Part shown: in pieces, positions 36,062-50,165 of the stretch
How positions within the stretch are numbered: position 1 is the first letter of the stretch
How the letters are laid out: each line of letters starts with the position of its first letter
NCBI RefSeq assembly: GCF_001194135.2
Contig: NC_068996.1
Location: 49,480,270 to 49,544,269, forward strand
Source: Octopus bimaculoides
Taxonomy: Eukaryota
Direction: 5' to 3'
DNA: 64,000 nucleotides
Translations under genes and position numbers: made by a program
The notes under the pieces: generated by a model
What the model saw: the letters and a program-made list of their open reading frames with translations, nothing else
What the model was told of the DNA's origin: nothing
Database searches by the model: none

Positions 36062-37859
36062 AAGACTGAGAAAGAGCCTCTTTACTCACCAACTCAAATG
36101 AGAATGAGAGAGAGATAGTGATTTTAGTTAAGGTAAGGTGGCGAGAGAAATGAAGGCTCATGGCTTAGTGGTTAGGGTGTTGGACTCGTGATTGTAAGAT
36201 TGTGTAGTTTCATTTCCTGGACCGGGCAAGGCATTGTGTTCTTGAACAAAACACGTTGCTCCATTCCACTCGTGTGGTAAAGATGAGTAATCCTGTGATG
36301 GACTGAGGTCCTATCCAGGGAGGAATGTATACACAGGAAACCAGCGCTGTGCTCCTTCAAGGAGTAATGTAGACTGACAAAAGTGATGAGAGAGGATAGA
36401 GTATGACAGAGAGAAACAGATTGTTGTGAGAGAGTAGCAGAGTAGACACTGTTGTTCTCTTTGCTGCCATTCTCTGATGTGGTATACACACAATTCTACA
36501 CCACTAATTAACCATATTGAGAATACACATGTATTCTGCTGTAGAGAACTGTAAGTGCTAGGCAATGCTACAGATATTCAATCTTGATCTTTGTTTGACA
36601 CAAGATTGCAGCATCATCTCTTTGATGAAGCTGCAAGAAAACATGCCTCATACAACAACATCTCCTTGCTTTAGAAATCTCTGCAATGCCAACAGTCTCA
36701 GCACACATACATATACATTTTCATCATCAGCCATAGGATACTGAGCCCTCCATGCAGATGCAAACACGTTTTCAAACACAATAGATGACCAGTGCCATCA
36801 CAAGACTTACTGACTTATTGTTTGGGTGTCCCACGAGTCTCGGGGTTCAGTGCTAATCTATGTATGCTGTATTCTAGCTCTCAGTTCCAGTGCAGCAGAT
36901 GGATCTTCTGGCTAGGAGAATGCATTCTTCTGCAAAAAGTGAAAAAGCAATCCATCTCACCAAATCAGGTGAAAACTAAGAGAAAGCACAATTGTTAAGC
37001 AAATTGACGGGCACTCCATTGGTTATGACAAGGGTTACAGTTGATACGGTCAGCGGAACAGCCTGCTCGGGAAATTGATGTGCAGGTGGCTGAGCATTTA
37101 ACAAACACGTTACTTACCTTTAACGTAGTTCTCATGACACAGAATGTGACAAGGTTGGCCCTTTGAAATACTCGTACAACCCATTTTTGCCAGCTGAGTG
37201 GACTGGAGCAATGTGAAATAAAGTGTCTTGCTCAAGGACACAACACACCACTGGGAATTGAACTCCAAGCATCTTATAAGGACCTAAGGTCCTGCAAGAA
37301 ATAACAAGGATGGCTGGCATGGATCTCTCTCTCTCTCTCTCAGTACTGAGCCAGAAGGTCATGACTTGTCCTGGTTGATGTGTGTTCTAGTTACCACTTC
37401 TTGTTCCTGCAGTACAGTGCCAACCATTTTGATTTCCATGGTGTCCATAACAAAGACATCCCATCTAGGAAAACAGTGACTGAATAGAAAGTGATGCTCC
37501 GTAGTGGGAGACACATAGTTTGGTTCTGCCACAGACAAGCTCTCTAGTCTCGGTAGCATGATAAAATGCTTCCAGTCCATTCTGTAAAGTTGGTAGTTGT
37601 AGAAAAGAGGATTCATCCACGAAATCCTTTTCTGTTGTTATATGTATCAAATAATGAAGAATTTCAACATGCTCTGCTGGAATAGACTGGAATTATCAAC
37701 ACATGTCAGCATGGAAAGACAGATGTAAAATGGTTTGGTAGTGGTGATGGTGGGAGCGCCAGTGACAACAGGGGTAGGAGGATAGCAGTAGGGAGGGGGA
37801 AAAATGAATTAAACTAATCCCAGCATTTGACAGAGCCTTGTTTCATTGATTCTCAGAAG

Positions 37860-38300
37860 CATCATCATCGTTTAATGTCTGCTTTCCATGCCAGCATGGG
37901 TTGGACGATTTGACTGAGGACTGGTGAACCAGATGGCTACACCAGGCTCCAATCTGATTTGGCAGAGTTTCTACAGCTGGATGCCCTTCCTAATGCCAAC
38001 CACTCAGAGAGTGTAGTGAGTGCTTTTACATGCCACCAGCACAAAAGCCAGTCAGGTGGTACTGGCAATGGCCACGCTCGAAATGGTGTCTTTTACGTAC
38101 CACCTGCACAGGAGCCAGTCCAGTAGCACTAGCAATGATCTCGCTCGAATGTCTTTACACATGCCACGGGCACAAGTGCCAAGAGGGTGACGTTGGTAAC
38201 TATCATGCTCAAATGGTGCTATTTACATGCCCCCAGCACGGAAACCAGACAGCTGGTGCTCTGGCAACGATCACGCTCGGACGGTGCTCCACTGGTACAG
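37860..38300 (-). mobile_element. RTE LINE 3' end with ~4 subrepeats
   Basis: (cat)n tail and conserved terminal block. Confidence 0.88.
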
Positions 38301-38860
38301 GTTCCAAGCAAATAAAAAATATGATATATGATATTATCATGAATATGATAATGATAGTATCTTTTTGTAGCATGAAGTTGAGCTCGGTCAGCATATCCTA
38401 TTTACATATAGACCCACATTGCAGAAATTTCACAGCAACATCTGTAGATGTTAATGTCTGATAATAGCGATTATCATGTTTTACAATTCACTTGCAAAAT
38501 CCCTTTCTCAACATACACGTGCATCTCTCAACATGCAATGTGCATCTATGTGAGCGTACACATGTATTTTATATTTTTCCTATTAGTTTGCTCAAGACCA
38601 GTGTTTCTCAATCATTTTCTTCCAGTGGACCCAACTCATCCCTATTTTACTCTACTGGACCCTCTTTTTGAAAAATCCTATAATTTTTTTATTTTTTATA
38701 ATTAGGTACAGGTGTGGCTCTGTAGTAAGAAGCCTGCTTCCCAACCACATGGTTCCGGGTTCAACCACTGAATCTGCAATCATGTCTTCTGTTATAGCCC
38801 CAGATCAGCCAAAGCTTTGTGAGTGGATTTGGTAGACAAAAACTAAAGAAAAGCCTATTG

Positions 38861-38904
<44 letters not shown>

Positions 38905-39168
38905 CCGTTGGACTGGCTCCTGTGCAGGTGGCACGTAAAAACACCATTTGAGCGTGGCCGTTGCCAGTACCGCCAGACTGGCCCTTGTGCTGCTGGCACG
39001 TAAAAGCACCCACTACACTCTTGGAGTGGTTGGCATTAAGAAGGGCATCCAGCTGTAGAAACTCTGCCAGATCAGATTGGAGCCTGTGTAGCCATCTGGT
39101 TCACCAGTCCTCAGTCAAATCATCCAACCCATACTAGCATGGAAAGCGGACGTTAAACGATGATGATG
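38905..39168 (+). mobile_element. RTE LINE 3' end inserted in the microsatellite of a SINE-A
   Basis: Follows (TA)n(TG)n of the SINE head at 38705; ends cggacgttaaacgatgatgatg. Confidence 0.85.
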
Positions 39169-42031
39169 TAGAGAGAGAGAGGGGGGGGGATAAAGATCCT
39201 TCTTGAGTTATAGAGATTCACAGGGCAATTTTCACAGTTTCTGTGGCACATGTTTCCCCACTTAAACTGGATGGTTCTCTGTCGCAGGATTCCTCAATTT
39301 TGCCAGCTGAGTAGACCTGGAGCAATGTGTTGGTTTAAAAAAACTGCACATCACTCAGTCCAGGAATTGAAATCACAATCTTACAATCATGAGTCCAACA
39401 CCGTAACCACTAAGCCACATGCCTCTACATACATGTGTGTGTATGTGTGCATACCTGTGTATTTATGTGTCTTTTTGTGTGCGTCTCACATGACCGCTTG
39501 ACAACTGGTGTTTGTTTGTTTACATCCCTGTAATTTAATGATTTGACAAAAGTGAAAGACTTAAAAAGTGAATACTAGGGTTGATTTGTTCAACTGAAAA
39601 TTCTTCAAGGTGGTGCCCCAGAATGGCTGAAACAAGGAAAAGATAACAGATAAAACAATGTGGAATTATTTAGCCATTTTCAATAAGCTCAGACCCTTTT
39701 TAAAATTCTTCAAGTGGTTGAAAAAAATTTGAAATAATTCAAGTGATTGGAAGAATTCTTTAAAAATCCAAGAACTCTGTTGAACCATAATGGTGATTAC
39801 AACTACTTTACTGTTTTAGCCTTTTGTTACCATATTTCTTTTGGAACCACATTGCCTCCATTTCTATTGATCTGAAAATGGTTAAAACTTTGTTTCCTTA
39901 TCAAATGGTTCTGGGTTCAGCCCCACTGCATGGTATATTGGGCAAGAGTCTTTAACTATAGCCTTAGGCTGACCAAACACTTGTGAGTGTATTTCGTAGG
40001 CAGAAAGTGAATCAATCCAGTTGTGTGGAGTCTGGACAGCTTGCCAGCCCCATGTCAAACTGTCTAACTCATGCCAACTGGTGTTGGTTTGTTTATATCC
40101 CCATAGCTTAGTTCAGCAGAAAGAGAACAATAGAATAAGTACTAGGCTTGGAAAGAAATATGTTCTGCAGTTGCTTTGTTTGACTAAACCAATGGTCCTT
40201 AACTGGGTGTCCATATGGCCCTTGGTGGGGACCCATACAAGATTTTGTTGTTAAAATTTATCTGCAATAGATTGGTTATTCTGCTACAATAATGTTCTTA
40301 ATTTTATTTATGCAATTCATTATAATATTTAATTATAAAAATACAGTGGGATTATTTTTATAAAATAGGAATCAAGAGGGTTCATAGATCTATGTGTGGG
40401 GGTCTTTGTGTCTGTGTTTGGCCCCTCCCCTTCCCACTTGAAGACTGGTGTTGGTCTGTTTATGTCCCCCATAACTTAGCGGTTTGGCAAAAAAGAAAGA
40501 TAAATGATAGAATAAGTGCCAGGCTTTAAAAGAAAATAAAAAAGGTTGGGGTCAATTCATTTGACTAAAAATTCTTCAAGGTGGTACCCCAGCATGGCCA
40601 CAGTCAAATGACTGAAAATGGTAATTAGTAAATCTGGTAAAATAACTTTGACAGTTATTTTAATAATAAGCTAACGTTTTATTCTTTTACTTGTTTCAGT
40701 CATTTCACTGTGGCCATGCTGGAGCACTGCCTTTAGTAGAACAAATCAACCCCAGGACTTATTCTGTCTGACTCTTTTGCCAAACTGTTAAGTTATGGGG
40801 ATGTAAACACAACATCGGTGTCAAGCGATGGTGAGGGGGCAAACACACACACACATGAATATATACATGTATGTGATGTCCTGTACCCAGATATGCATCT
40901 ATATATACATGTAGATGTAGGTATGTACATACATGTACGTATATATGCATATACTCACATATTATTTGTATTATTATTATTATTATATATATATATATAN
41001 NNNNNNNNNNNNNNNNNNNNNNNNNNNNNNNNNNNNNNNNNNNNNNNNNNNNNNNNNNNNNNNNNNNNNNNNNNNNNNNNNNNNNNNNNNNNNNNNNNNN
41101 NNNNNNNNNNNNNNNNNNNNNNNNNNNNNNNNNNNNNNNNNNNNNNNNNNNNNNNNNNNNNNNNNNNNNNNNNNNNNNNNNNNNNNNNNNNNNNNNNNNN
41201 NNNNNNNNNNNNNNNNNNNNNNNNNNNNNNNNNNNNNNNNNNNNNNNNNNNNNNNNNNNNNNNNNNNNNNNNNNNNNNNNNNNNATATTTACCATAAAGG
41301 CATTACAAAAAGGGGACGAACAAGGACAGACAAACATAAAAGGGGTGAAGTAGCTGTATCCATTAAATATTTACAATTTTAAATACACAATAAAAATTGG
41401 ATTATATTTACAATGTTCGATTGAAGCATTGCTCATTACAGATGCAATTTGTAATGGCTTTCCTGAAGGATAGGCAACCGACCACCAGGGTAGACCCCTT
41501 GCTTTTTCTTTCCCTTGTTTTCACACAGCCACTCCTGCACCTGAACATAAATTAACAATAAAATTTAACTGTTGAAGGTTTTTACTTTAGGTCACTTTGT
41601 AAGAAGTTTGTATCATAGAGATGACCACCTTCCCCATCCCTCACCCCAGGTTGTTTGGAATGAATGGGGTCAATCCCTTATAACTAGTAACCAGGGCATA
41701 CCACATGGAATGTCCTTCTTTAAATGATGATGATATATGAAATCTTTAAACCTTGGCTATGGCTGTAAGTTGTAGTTTCCTTATATATGAAACACTTTGT
41801 CCCTGCAAGTAATTAATATGTATTTATTGACGTTTTTCTTGGTTTTTATTGCCCATTGCTTTTGTTTTATTTTTTTCTTTCTCTCCTTTATTTTAGGTTT
41901 CTTTCACTTTAATCTACTTCACCACCATTCCTCTCCTTCTTCTTCTTCTTCTTCTTCTTCTTCCCTCACTGTCCCATTGTAATGACCTTTGACCACAACT
42001 GCTGATACCTACACATTCCATTTCACTCAAT

Positions 42032-42068
<37 letters not shown>

Positions 42069-42821
42069 CCTACCTGCCCTGCTTTCTTTACACACCTACA
42101 TATTTCACAGTATTGACCAACCCACATATATGCATACACATACATACACAAGCCTTGACTTCCATTACTTGCTCTTAAAGGGCNNNNNNNNNNNNNNNNN
42201 NNNNNNNNNNNNNNNNNNNNNNNNNNNNNNNNNNNNNNNNNNNNNNNNNNNNNNNNNNNNNNNNNNNNNNNNNNNNNNNNNNNNNNNNNNNNNNNNNNNN
42301 NNNNNNNNNNNNNNNNNNNNNNNNNNNNNNNNNNNNNNNNNNNNNNNNNNNNNNNNNNNNNNNNNNNNNNNNNNNNNNNNNNNNNNNNNNNNNNNNNNNN
42401 NNNNNNNNNNNNNNNNNNNNNNNNNNNNNNNNNNNNNNNNNNNNNNNNNNNNNNNNNNNNNNNNNNNNNNNNNNNNNNNNNNNNNNNNNNNNNNNNNNNN
42501 NNNNNNNNNNNNNNNNNNNNNNNNNNNNNNNNNNNNNNNNNNNNNNNNNNNNNNNNNNNNNNNNNNNNNNNNNNNNNNNNNNNNNNNNNNNNNNNNNNNN
42601 NNNNNNNNNNNNNNNNNNNNNNNNNNNNNNNNNNNNNNNNNNNNNNNNNNNNNNNNNNNNNNNNNNNNNNNNNNNNNNNNNNNNNNNNNNNNNNNNNNNN
42701 NNNNNNNNNNNNNNNNNNNNNNNNNNNNNNNNNNNNNNNNNNNNNNNNNNNNNNNNNNNNNNNNNNNNNNNNNNNNNNNNNNNNNNNNNNNNNNNNNNNN
42801 NNNNNNNATATATATATATAT

Positions 42822-43736
42822 ACTCTTTACTCTCTTTCACTCTTTTACTTGTTTCAGTCATTTGACTGCGGCCATGCTGGAGCCCCACCTTTAGTCGAGC
42901 AAATCGACCCCAGCACTTATTCTTTGTAAGCCTAGTACTTATTGTATCGGTCTCTTTTGCCGAACCGCTAAGTTACATACGTATAGGTGCAAGTGTGACT
43001 GTGTGGTAAGAAGCTTGCTTCCCAACCACATGGTTCTGAGGCAGTCCCACTGTTTTGCACTTTGGGCAAGTGTCTTCTACTATCGCCTTGGGCCGACCAA
43101 AGCCCTGTGAGTGGACTTGGTAGATGGAAACTGAAAGAAGCCCGTCATATATGTATATATATGTGTGTCTGTGTTAGTCCCCCCAACATAGCTTGACAAT
43201 CAATGTTGGTATGTTTACGTGCCCGTAACTTAGTGGTTTGGCAAAAGAGACTGATAGGATAAGTACTAGACTTACAAAGAATAAGTTCCTGGTTCGATTT
43301 GATTGACTAAAGGCAGTGCTCCAGCGTGGCCGCAATCAAATGACAGAAAAACATAGATAAAAGAATTAAGTATTTATGGAATTTTCATTTACTGTCGGGT
43401 GACACCTTGGGCAAGTGTCCTCTACTATAGCCTTGGGCCAGTCAAAGCTTTGTGAGTCGATTTGGTAGATGGAAACTGAAAGAAGCCCATCATGTGTATA
43501 TATGTGTGTGTACATGTATATATATCTCTGTATATGTATAGATATCTGTGTGTGTCTGTGTTTGTAACCTGCACTACCGCTTGACAACCTGTGTTGGTGT
43601 GTTTGCGCCCATATAACTTAGCAGCTCAGCAAAAAGACCCTGATAGAATAGGTACTGAGGATCGATTTATTTGACTAAAAATTCAAGGTGGTGCCCCAGC
43701 ATTGCCGCTGTCTAGTGGCTGAAACAAGTAAAAGAG

Positions 43737-43740
<4 letters not shown>
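42822..43740. mobile_element. Cluster of three SINE-A copies (42822-42978 -, 42986-43365 +, 43400-43740 +)
   Basis: Family A heads and tails. Confidence 0.82.
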
Positions 43741-43817
<77 letters not shown>

Positions 43818-43937
43818 TGCGTCTAACTCACTATTGACCCTTCCATCAACGCACACATGCAAACACACATACACACATGCAGTTACTTCCACATACATGC
43901 GCTGCCACACATGCACAAGCTCATGCACACCGACCAT

Positions 43938-45030
43938 CTTCACACTCTGCTGTCCCAGAAAGTACTTTTCCTTCCTTCCTTCTACTTCCAGTCACTTCAG
44001 TAATGTAACCACACGTGAACTGTTGGCCATTTTTTTCCCTCGTTTCTGTTTTATCTTTAGACTGTTTTCCCTATATTCAAAGAGGAGCTCTGCTCGAAAT
44101 GTAAAACAACTACTCTCTTCTTTTTCAGCATCTTATTAATATATTGCTTATGCTATGTCCTCACATGTTTGTTTTTTTCTTTTTCTGTGTTTTTTAAATT
44201 AGCTATATTTATATATGTATATATATATATATATATATATNNNNNNNNNNNNNNNNNNNNNNNNNNNNNNNNNNNNNNNNNNNNNNNNNNNNNNNNNNNN
44301 NNNNNNNNNNNNNNNNNNNNNNNNNNNNNNNNNNNNNNNNNNNNNNNNNNNNNNNNNNNNNNNNNNNNNNNNNNNNNNNNNNNNNNNNNNNNNNNNNNNN
44401 NNNNNNNNNNNNNNNNNNNNNNNNNNNNNNNNNNNNNNNNNNNNNNNNNNNNNNNNNNNNNNNNNNNNNNNNNNNNNNNNNNNNNNNNNNNNNNNNNNNN
44501 NNNNNNNNNNNNNNNNNNNNNNNNNNNNNNNNNNNNNNNNNNNNNNNNNNNNNNNNNNNNNNNNNNNNNNNNNNNNNNNNNNNNNNNNNNNNNNNNNNNN
44601 NNNNNNNNNNNNNNNNNNNNNNNNNNNNNNNNNNNNNNNNNNNNNNNNNNNNNNNNNNNNNNNNNNNNNNNNNNNNNNNNNNNNNNNNNNNNNNNNNNNN
44701 NNNNNNNNNNNNNNNNNNNNNNNNNNNNNNNNNNNNNNNNNNNNNNNNAATTACCATTTTTGCACTCTCCTGTTCCAGAAAGCATTTTCTCTTTTTTCCT
44801 ACTTTCGGTCACTTACTTCAAAAATGTAACGACACATGATTGTTGGTGATTTTTTTTTTTTTCCTCCTTCATCTTGTACTTTCCTGTTTCTTGTTTCCAA
44901 AGAAGATCTATGCTTGAAACGTAAAACTTCTACTCTTTTCCTTCTCTGTGCTTCTTATTAATACATTGCTTGTGCCATGTCCAAATGTTTAGTTGTTTTT
45001 TTTTTTCTTTTTCTTTGTCTATTTGAATTG
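43938..45030 (+). repeat. Two diverged direct copies (~265 bp; 43938-44200 and 44757-45030) each with a decayed hammerhead motif
   Basis: Shared cactct.ctgt.ccagaaag..cacttca..aatgtaac.acac.tga.tgttgg..aaaga.ga.ct.tgct.gaaa.gtaaaac..tactct..cttattaata.attgctt.tgc.atgtcc. Confidence 0.7.
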
Positions 45031-46070
45031 TGTTTGCATGTATGTATATATGTGTGTGTGTGTGCAGGAGTGACTGTAGTAAGAAGCTTGCTTCCCGACC
45101 ACATGGTTCCGGGTTCAGTCCCTCTGCATGGCACCATGGGCAAGTGTCTTCTGCTATAGCCTTGGGCCAACCAAAGCCTTATGAGTGAATTTGGTACATG
45201 GAAACTGAAAAGAAGCCTGTCATATATATATATATATATATATATANNNNNNNNNNNNNNNNNNNNNNNNNNNNNNNNNNNNNNNNNNNNNNNNNNNNNN
45301 NNNNNNNNNNNNNNNNNNNNNNNNNNNNNNNNNNNNNNNNNNNNNNNNNNNNNNNNNNNNNNNNNNNNNNNNNNNNNNNNNNNNNNNNNNNNNNNNNNNN
45401 NNNNNNNNNNNNNNNNNNNNNNNNNNNNNNNNNNNNNNNNNNNNNNNNNNNNNNNNNNNNNNNNNNNNNNNNNNNNNNNNNNNNNNNNNNNNNNNNNNNN
45501 NNNNNNNNNNNNNNNNNNNNNNNNNNNNNNNNNNNNNNNNNNNNNNNNNNNNNNNNNNNNNNNNNNNNNNNNNNNNNNNNNNNNNNNNNNNNNNNNNNNN
45601 NNNNNNNNNNNNNNNNNNNNNNNNNNNNNNNNNNNNNNNNNNNNNNNNNNNNNNNNNNNNNNNNNNNNNNNNNNNNNNNNNNNNNNNNNNNNNNNNNNNN
45701 NNNNNNNNNNNNNNNNNNNNNNNNNNNNNNNNNNNNNNNNNNNNNNNNNNNNNNNNNNNNNNNNNNNNNNNNNNNNNNNNNNNNNNNNNNNNNNNNNNNN
45801 NNNNNNNNNNNNNNNNNNNNNNNNNNNNNNNNNNNNNNNNNNNNNNNNNNNNNNNNNNNNNNNNNNNNNNNNNNNNNNNNNNNNNNNNNNNNNNNNNNNN
45901 NNNNNNNNNNNNNNNNNNNNNNNNNNNNNNNNNNNNNNNNNNNNNNNNNNNNNNNNNNNNNNNNNNNNNNNNNNNNNNNNNNNNNNNNNNNNNNNNNNNN
46001 NNNNNNNNNNNNNNNNNNNNNNNNNNNNNNNNNNNNNNNNNNNNNNNNNNNNNNNNNNNNNNNNNNNNNN

Positions 46071-46102
<32 letters not shown>

Positions 46103-46551
46103 ATAATAACAATAATCCTTATTTTAATGCATAGCTACATGTGTTTCCACAAATCACATGCCTCTTAGGATCATAGTCCGTATTCCTGGGTTGTTTCCAG
46201 CGTAGTCCATCGTATCCGTGGGTAACAGGTAGATCATCTTCGAGTCATTTCTTCAGGTGATATAGCATTAATGGATGTTTAACTGAGAGTTGTTTATCAC
46301 AGAATGAACCCCCAAAAAGTGGTTTATCGGTGAGCATCATTAGGTTGTAGCTGGCATAATGGAATTGGAGCTTCATTTTTTTTTTCTTTGCATATTCAAA
46401 ACGTTTCCCGTTAACAAATTTAAAAGATATATATATATAAATTTAAATAATAATGGTAAAATATTGATATTAATTTGATTAATATCAACTTAAAACCAGT
46501 CGCCTAGCATATTGAAAAAATCTGAAGATTCAGAAAATTATATTACATACG

Positions 46552-46714
46552 TATAAGAGGAATGACCACTAGGTGGACTCCTAATATGCTAAATGTAGAC
46601 CCTATATGGTCTGATCACTAAGAAAAATTGAGAATAATTCTTCTTAGTGGTCAGACCATATGAGGGTCTACATTTAGCATATTAGGAGTCCACCTAGTGG
46701 TCATTCCTCTTATA
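46552..46714. repeat. Palindrome, 73/74-bp arms (46552-46624 / 46641-46714), 16-nt loop
   Basis: tataagaggaatgaccactaggtggactcctaatatgctaaatgtagaccct.atatggtctga.cactaagaa on both strands. Confidence 0.92.
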
Positions 46715-46748
46715 TGTGTATGTATATATATATATATATATATATATA

Positions 46749-47130
46749 GGCACAGGAGTGACTGTGTGGTAAGTAGTTTGCTTACCAACCACATGGTTCC
46801 AGGTTCAGTCCCACTGCGTGGCACCTTGGGCAAGTGTCTTCTACTATAGCCTCGGGCTGACCAAAGCCTTGTGAGTGGATTTGGTAGAGGGAAACTGAAA
46901 GAAGCCCATCGTATATATGTATATATATGTATGTATATGTTTGTGTGTCTGTGTTTGTCTCCCAGCATCGCTTGACAACTGATGCTGGTTCAGCAAAAAA
47001 GGGGCCGATAGAATAAGTACTAAGCTTACAAAGAATAAGTGTTGGGGTCCATTTGCTTGACTAAAGGCGGTGCTCCAGCATGGCCACAATCAAATGACTG
47101 AAACAAGTAAAAGAGTAAGAGTAAAGAGTA
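46749..47130 (+). mobile_element. SINE family A, full length
   Basis: Head ggcacaggagtgactgtgtgg; tail aaacaagtaaaagagtaagagt. Confidence 0.88.
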
Positions 47131-48759
47131 ATATATATAGATAGATAAAACTTACTTGGAAAAGGATAAGAGAAAGGAAGAGAGAAAATGACAGTAAAAG
47201 GATAGAGTAGTGGAAGAAGAGGAGGTAAAAGAATAAGAGAAAGGCAAGGAGAAATGGAAGAAGAGAGAAAGACGAAAGAATAATTGGGAGAAGAGTCGTA
47301 TCGGAGTTATTAAGATATATATACATATATATATTAGTTTATGTATATATTAATATTATCTCAGTTATTAAAACCTTTCATAATTTAAATACGTTAATAG
47401 TTACCAGAGGTAGCTCTTTGTGAAAGAGCTTTCATTTATTTTGAAACATGTGTAGGAATTAAAGGAACTTTTATTGACATGCGTTTTGCTCCATTTATTA
47501 TTATTATATATATATATAATTAGAAGCAACAGGAGCATTATTAATACCAAACGATAATCATTATGTCTAACATGAAGTGGACGTGTTATTTATTTTGGTA
47601 AGGCCTCTTATAAAAGCAAACATATTGGCAGACGAGAATCATCTGGTTTGGGCTCCAGATCTGCCAGATCAACATGATTTTCACCTGCCTTGTCTCCTCA
47701 ATGGCAGACATCTGGTAGCAGTGTAACAGCTAAATTTCACTGTCAATGATATATATATATAGAATTTCTGTGTCTTTTCAGTCTCTGATGTCACAGAAGG
47801 CTCATTAAAAAATTATTATTAACGATAGAAGCAATATTAATAATGAAAGGCAATCTTTATGTCCTACTTAACTTGGATGTTTTGTTAGAATACTGCTTCT
47901 GGTACAATTTATTATTTATTAAACTTTATTTTTCCTTGCAAACTTACCAGCTTACTCAATCTATCCAAGTCTCTGTACCACTTATATATCTCCTCCGTAT
48001 AACTTGACAGTTCACTCCCAACATATCCTCACTCTCTTCTCTCCCTCTCCTCCTCCTCGTCTTTTCCACCTGAAGTCGGCATCTATCTCCTCAGCTGCAA
48101 GGGCACCCACTCCTGTCCTTCTATCGTACTCTAACTCCTCATCATTTTCCTGAATACTAACCCGCTTCCTCCTTAGTCTTGCAAGTTATTTGCTGACCTT
48201 GCCTCGTGCTGGTACCACATGAAAAAAAGCACCCAGTACACTCTGCAAAATGGTTAACATTAGGAAGGGCATCCATTTGTAAAAACCACACCAAAACAGA
48301 CAGTAGAACTTGGCACAGTCTTCTTGCTTGCCAGCTTTTGTCTAACCATCCAACCCATGCCAACATGCAAATGATGTGTTAAATGGTGATGGTGATGATA
48401 ATGATGATGGTGTTTGACATCAGATTTTTAGCAAGTTATGTTTTTATTTTTTTGTTCCTACTTTTCGGCTTTTTTTTGTGTGTGTGTTTTTTTTTCTTTT
48501 TTCTACATTTTACTTTACAGTGCTTCACTTCATCTTGGCTAGGGGCGGAATGTAGGTGAAAATATCAGACTCTCCATGGAAATGTCAATAAAGCTGATCA
48601 CTTGCTGATACAAACTCGTTATATACATACTCGTGAAAAGGTCAATTAAGCTGATTAATTACCAATACTTACTTCTGGTCATGAAAGGTCAAGTTCATAC
48701 ACTTTATTGACTTCTATTTCTGCATGAATGTGTGTGTGTGAAATGGTTTGATCAAGGGA

Positions 48760-49100
48760 TAACACATCGTGTCCATGCTCCTTGTAGACTCTCCAAGAGC
48801 CATAAGAGGATGGGCTGTGTTTCCCTTGATCAAGCATAAAGAGTTGATGGCTACAGGAAAAACATGAGCATGGAAGGAATTCCAAAGAGATGATATTCCA
48901 GAGAGTTAAGGATTAATTAGGTACAGTGGTTAGTGTGGCAGGCAGGGGTTGTAGAGGGGTGGAAATAAGGATGCCACAAAGAGAAGAAGAGGTGGATCTG
49001 AACTGAAACTCAGGTTCAGGTCATCCAGCTTTGTGTGAGGGGAAGGGGCCATTGCAGTAACAATAGAAGAGGCAAAACAAGGGGCCAGATTGAGTTTTGG
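48760..49100 (-). mobile_element. Heavily decayed CR1/L2-group LINE 3' ORF remnant
   Basis: Minus frame LFYCYCNG...SLTLWNIISLEFLP resembles the LFYRYxxG..LWNSLP C-terminus of CR1/L2-group RTs. Confidence 0.4.
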
Positions 49101-49580
49101 GCCACAGATATGGGGAGGAGGGGTGCTGACTTCATGAAAATCAGCTAAATAGCATTGTTGTTGTTGTTTTTTATTGTGTAGTCTATAATGTCTGTATGAT
49201 TAATAGCAGAAATATCTCTCCATCTGCTCCACACCTGTCTACTATTCCTGAGAGGGTCTTGGGGGGGGGGGTAGAGTTCTCAGGCCCCTCCTCTGCAGGG
49301 TCCTATCAAAAGCAATCAAAATACTTCTCGATTGGATTCCCAAATGCAACTAACAGAGACTATGGATGTTATCCACCCACTTGGAACCTTGATACACACC
49401 TGTGCCTGCACCTATAGCCCATTATTTACTATTTTGCATTTATTCCTAAATGCTTTCATTTAGTAGGAACATACTTTCATTCTTTTGATCGGGGGACCAC
49501 CTACTTTTGACAAAGATATTTCCATTTTCTATATGGAAACACCGAAACATATTATGGTCAACAATGTTATCATAATGTCT

Positions 49581-49801
49581 TTAACCTTTTTGATACCAAC
49601 CCATCTTCAGTTCTATGCTACAAACTTCCTGTTTAAAACTGATCTTAATTAAAATCAGCCATCAAAATTTCATGTTAAATCATTTTCCAAAGATAACTTT
49701 AATACTGACACAGTTAATTTACTAAATTTTTCATTATTTTCACAATTAATCAAAATAAAAGTAGTGCTTTTTTCAAGAAAATATGGTAACAAAAGGATTA
49801 A
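49581..49801. mobile_element. piggyBac-like MITE with TTAA ends
   Basis: TTAAcctttttgatacc...ggtaacaaaaggaTTAA. Confidence 0.7.
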
Positions 49802-50165
49802 TGGTTCAGTGGAATGAACCAGAAACCACANNNNNNNNNNNNNNNNNNNNNNNNNNNNNNNNNNNNNNNNNNNNNNNNNNNNNNNNNNNNNNNNNNNNNN
49901 NNNNNNNNNNNNNNNNNNNNNNNNNNNNNNNNNNNNNNNNNNNNNNNNNNNNNNNNNNNNNNNNNNNNNNNNAAAATTTCAATGTTCTTTTTAAAACAAA
50001 AAAAATCCTTTACATACCTTAATTTTCCCATTTTTGACATTTCTGAATTAGATGCATTAAACATACAATGCTGCAGGGGAAAAAAATCCAGTGGAATAAT
50101 TAGAAAGGAAAAAAAAAGGAATTTGCAAAAGATTCTAAATAAGATTTATATCACAATCTGTATAA

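Noticed and set aside
46215-46265. Minus-strand CTGAAGA...CTCGAAG motif
   Set aside because: No pairable stem II or III and no GAAA.
47090-47326. Hydrophobic 78-aa ORF resembling a membrane protein
   Set aside because: It is the reverse complement of a purine-rich low-complexity tract next to a SINE tail.
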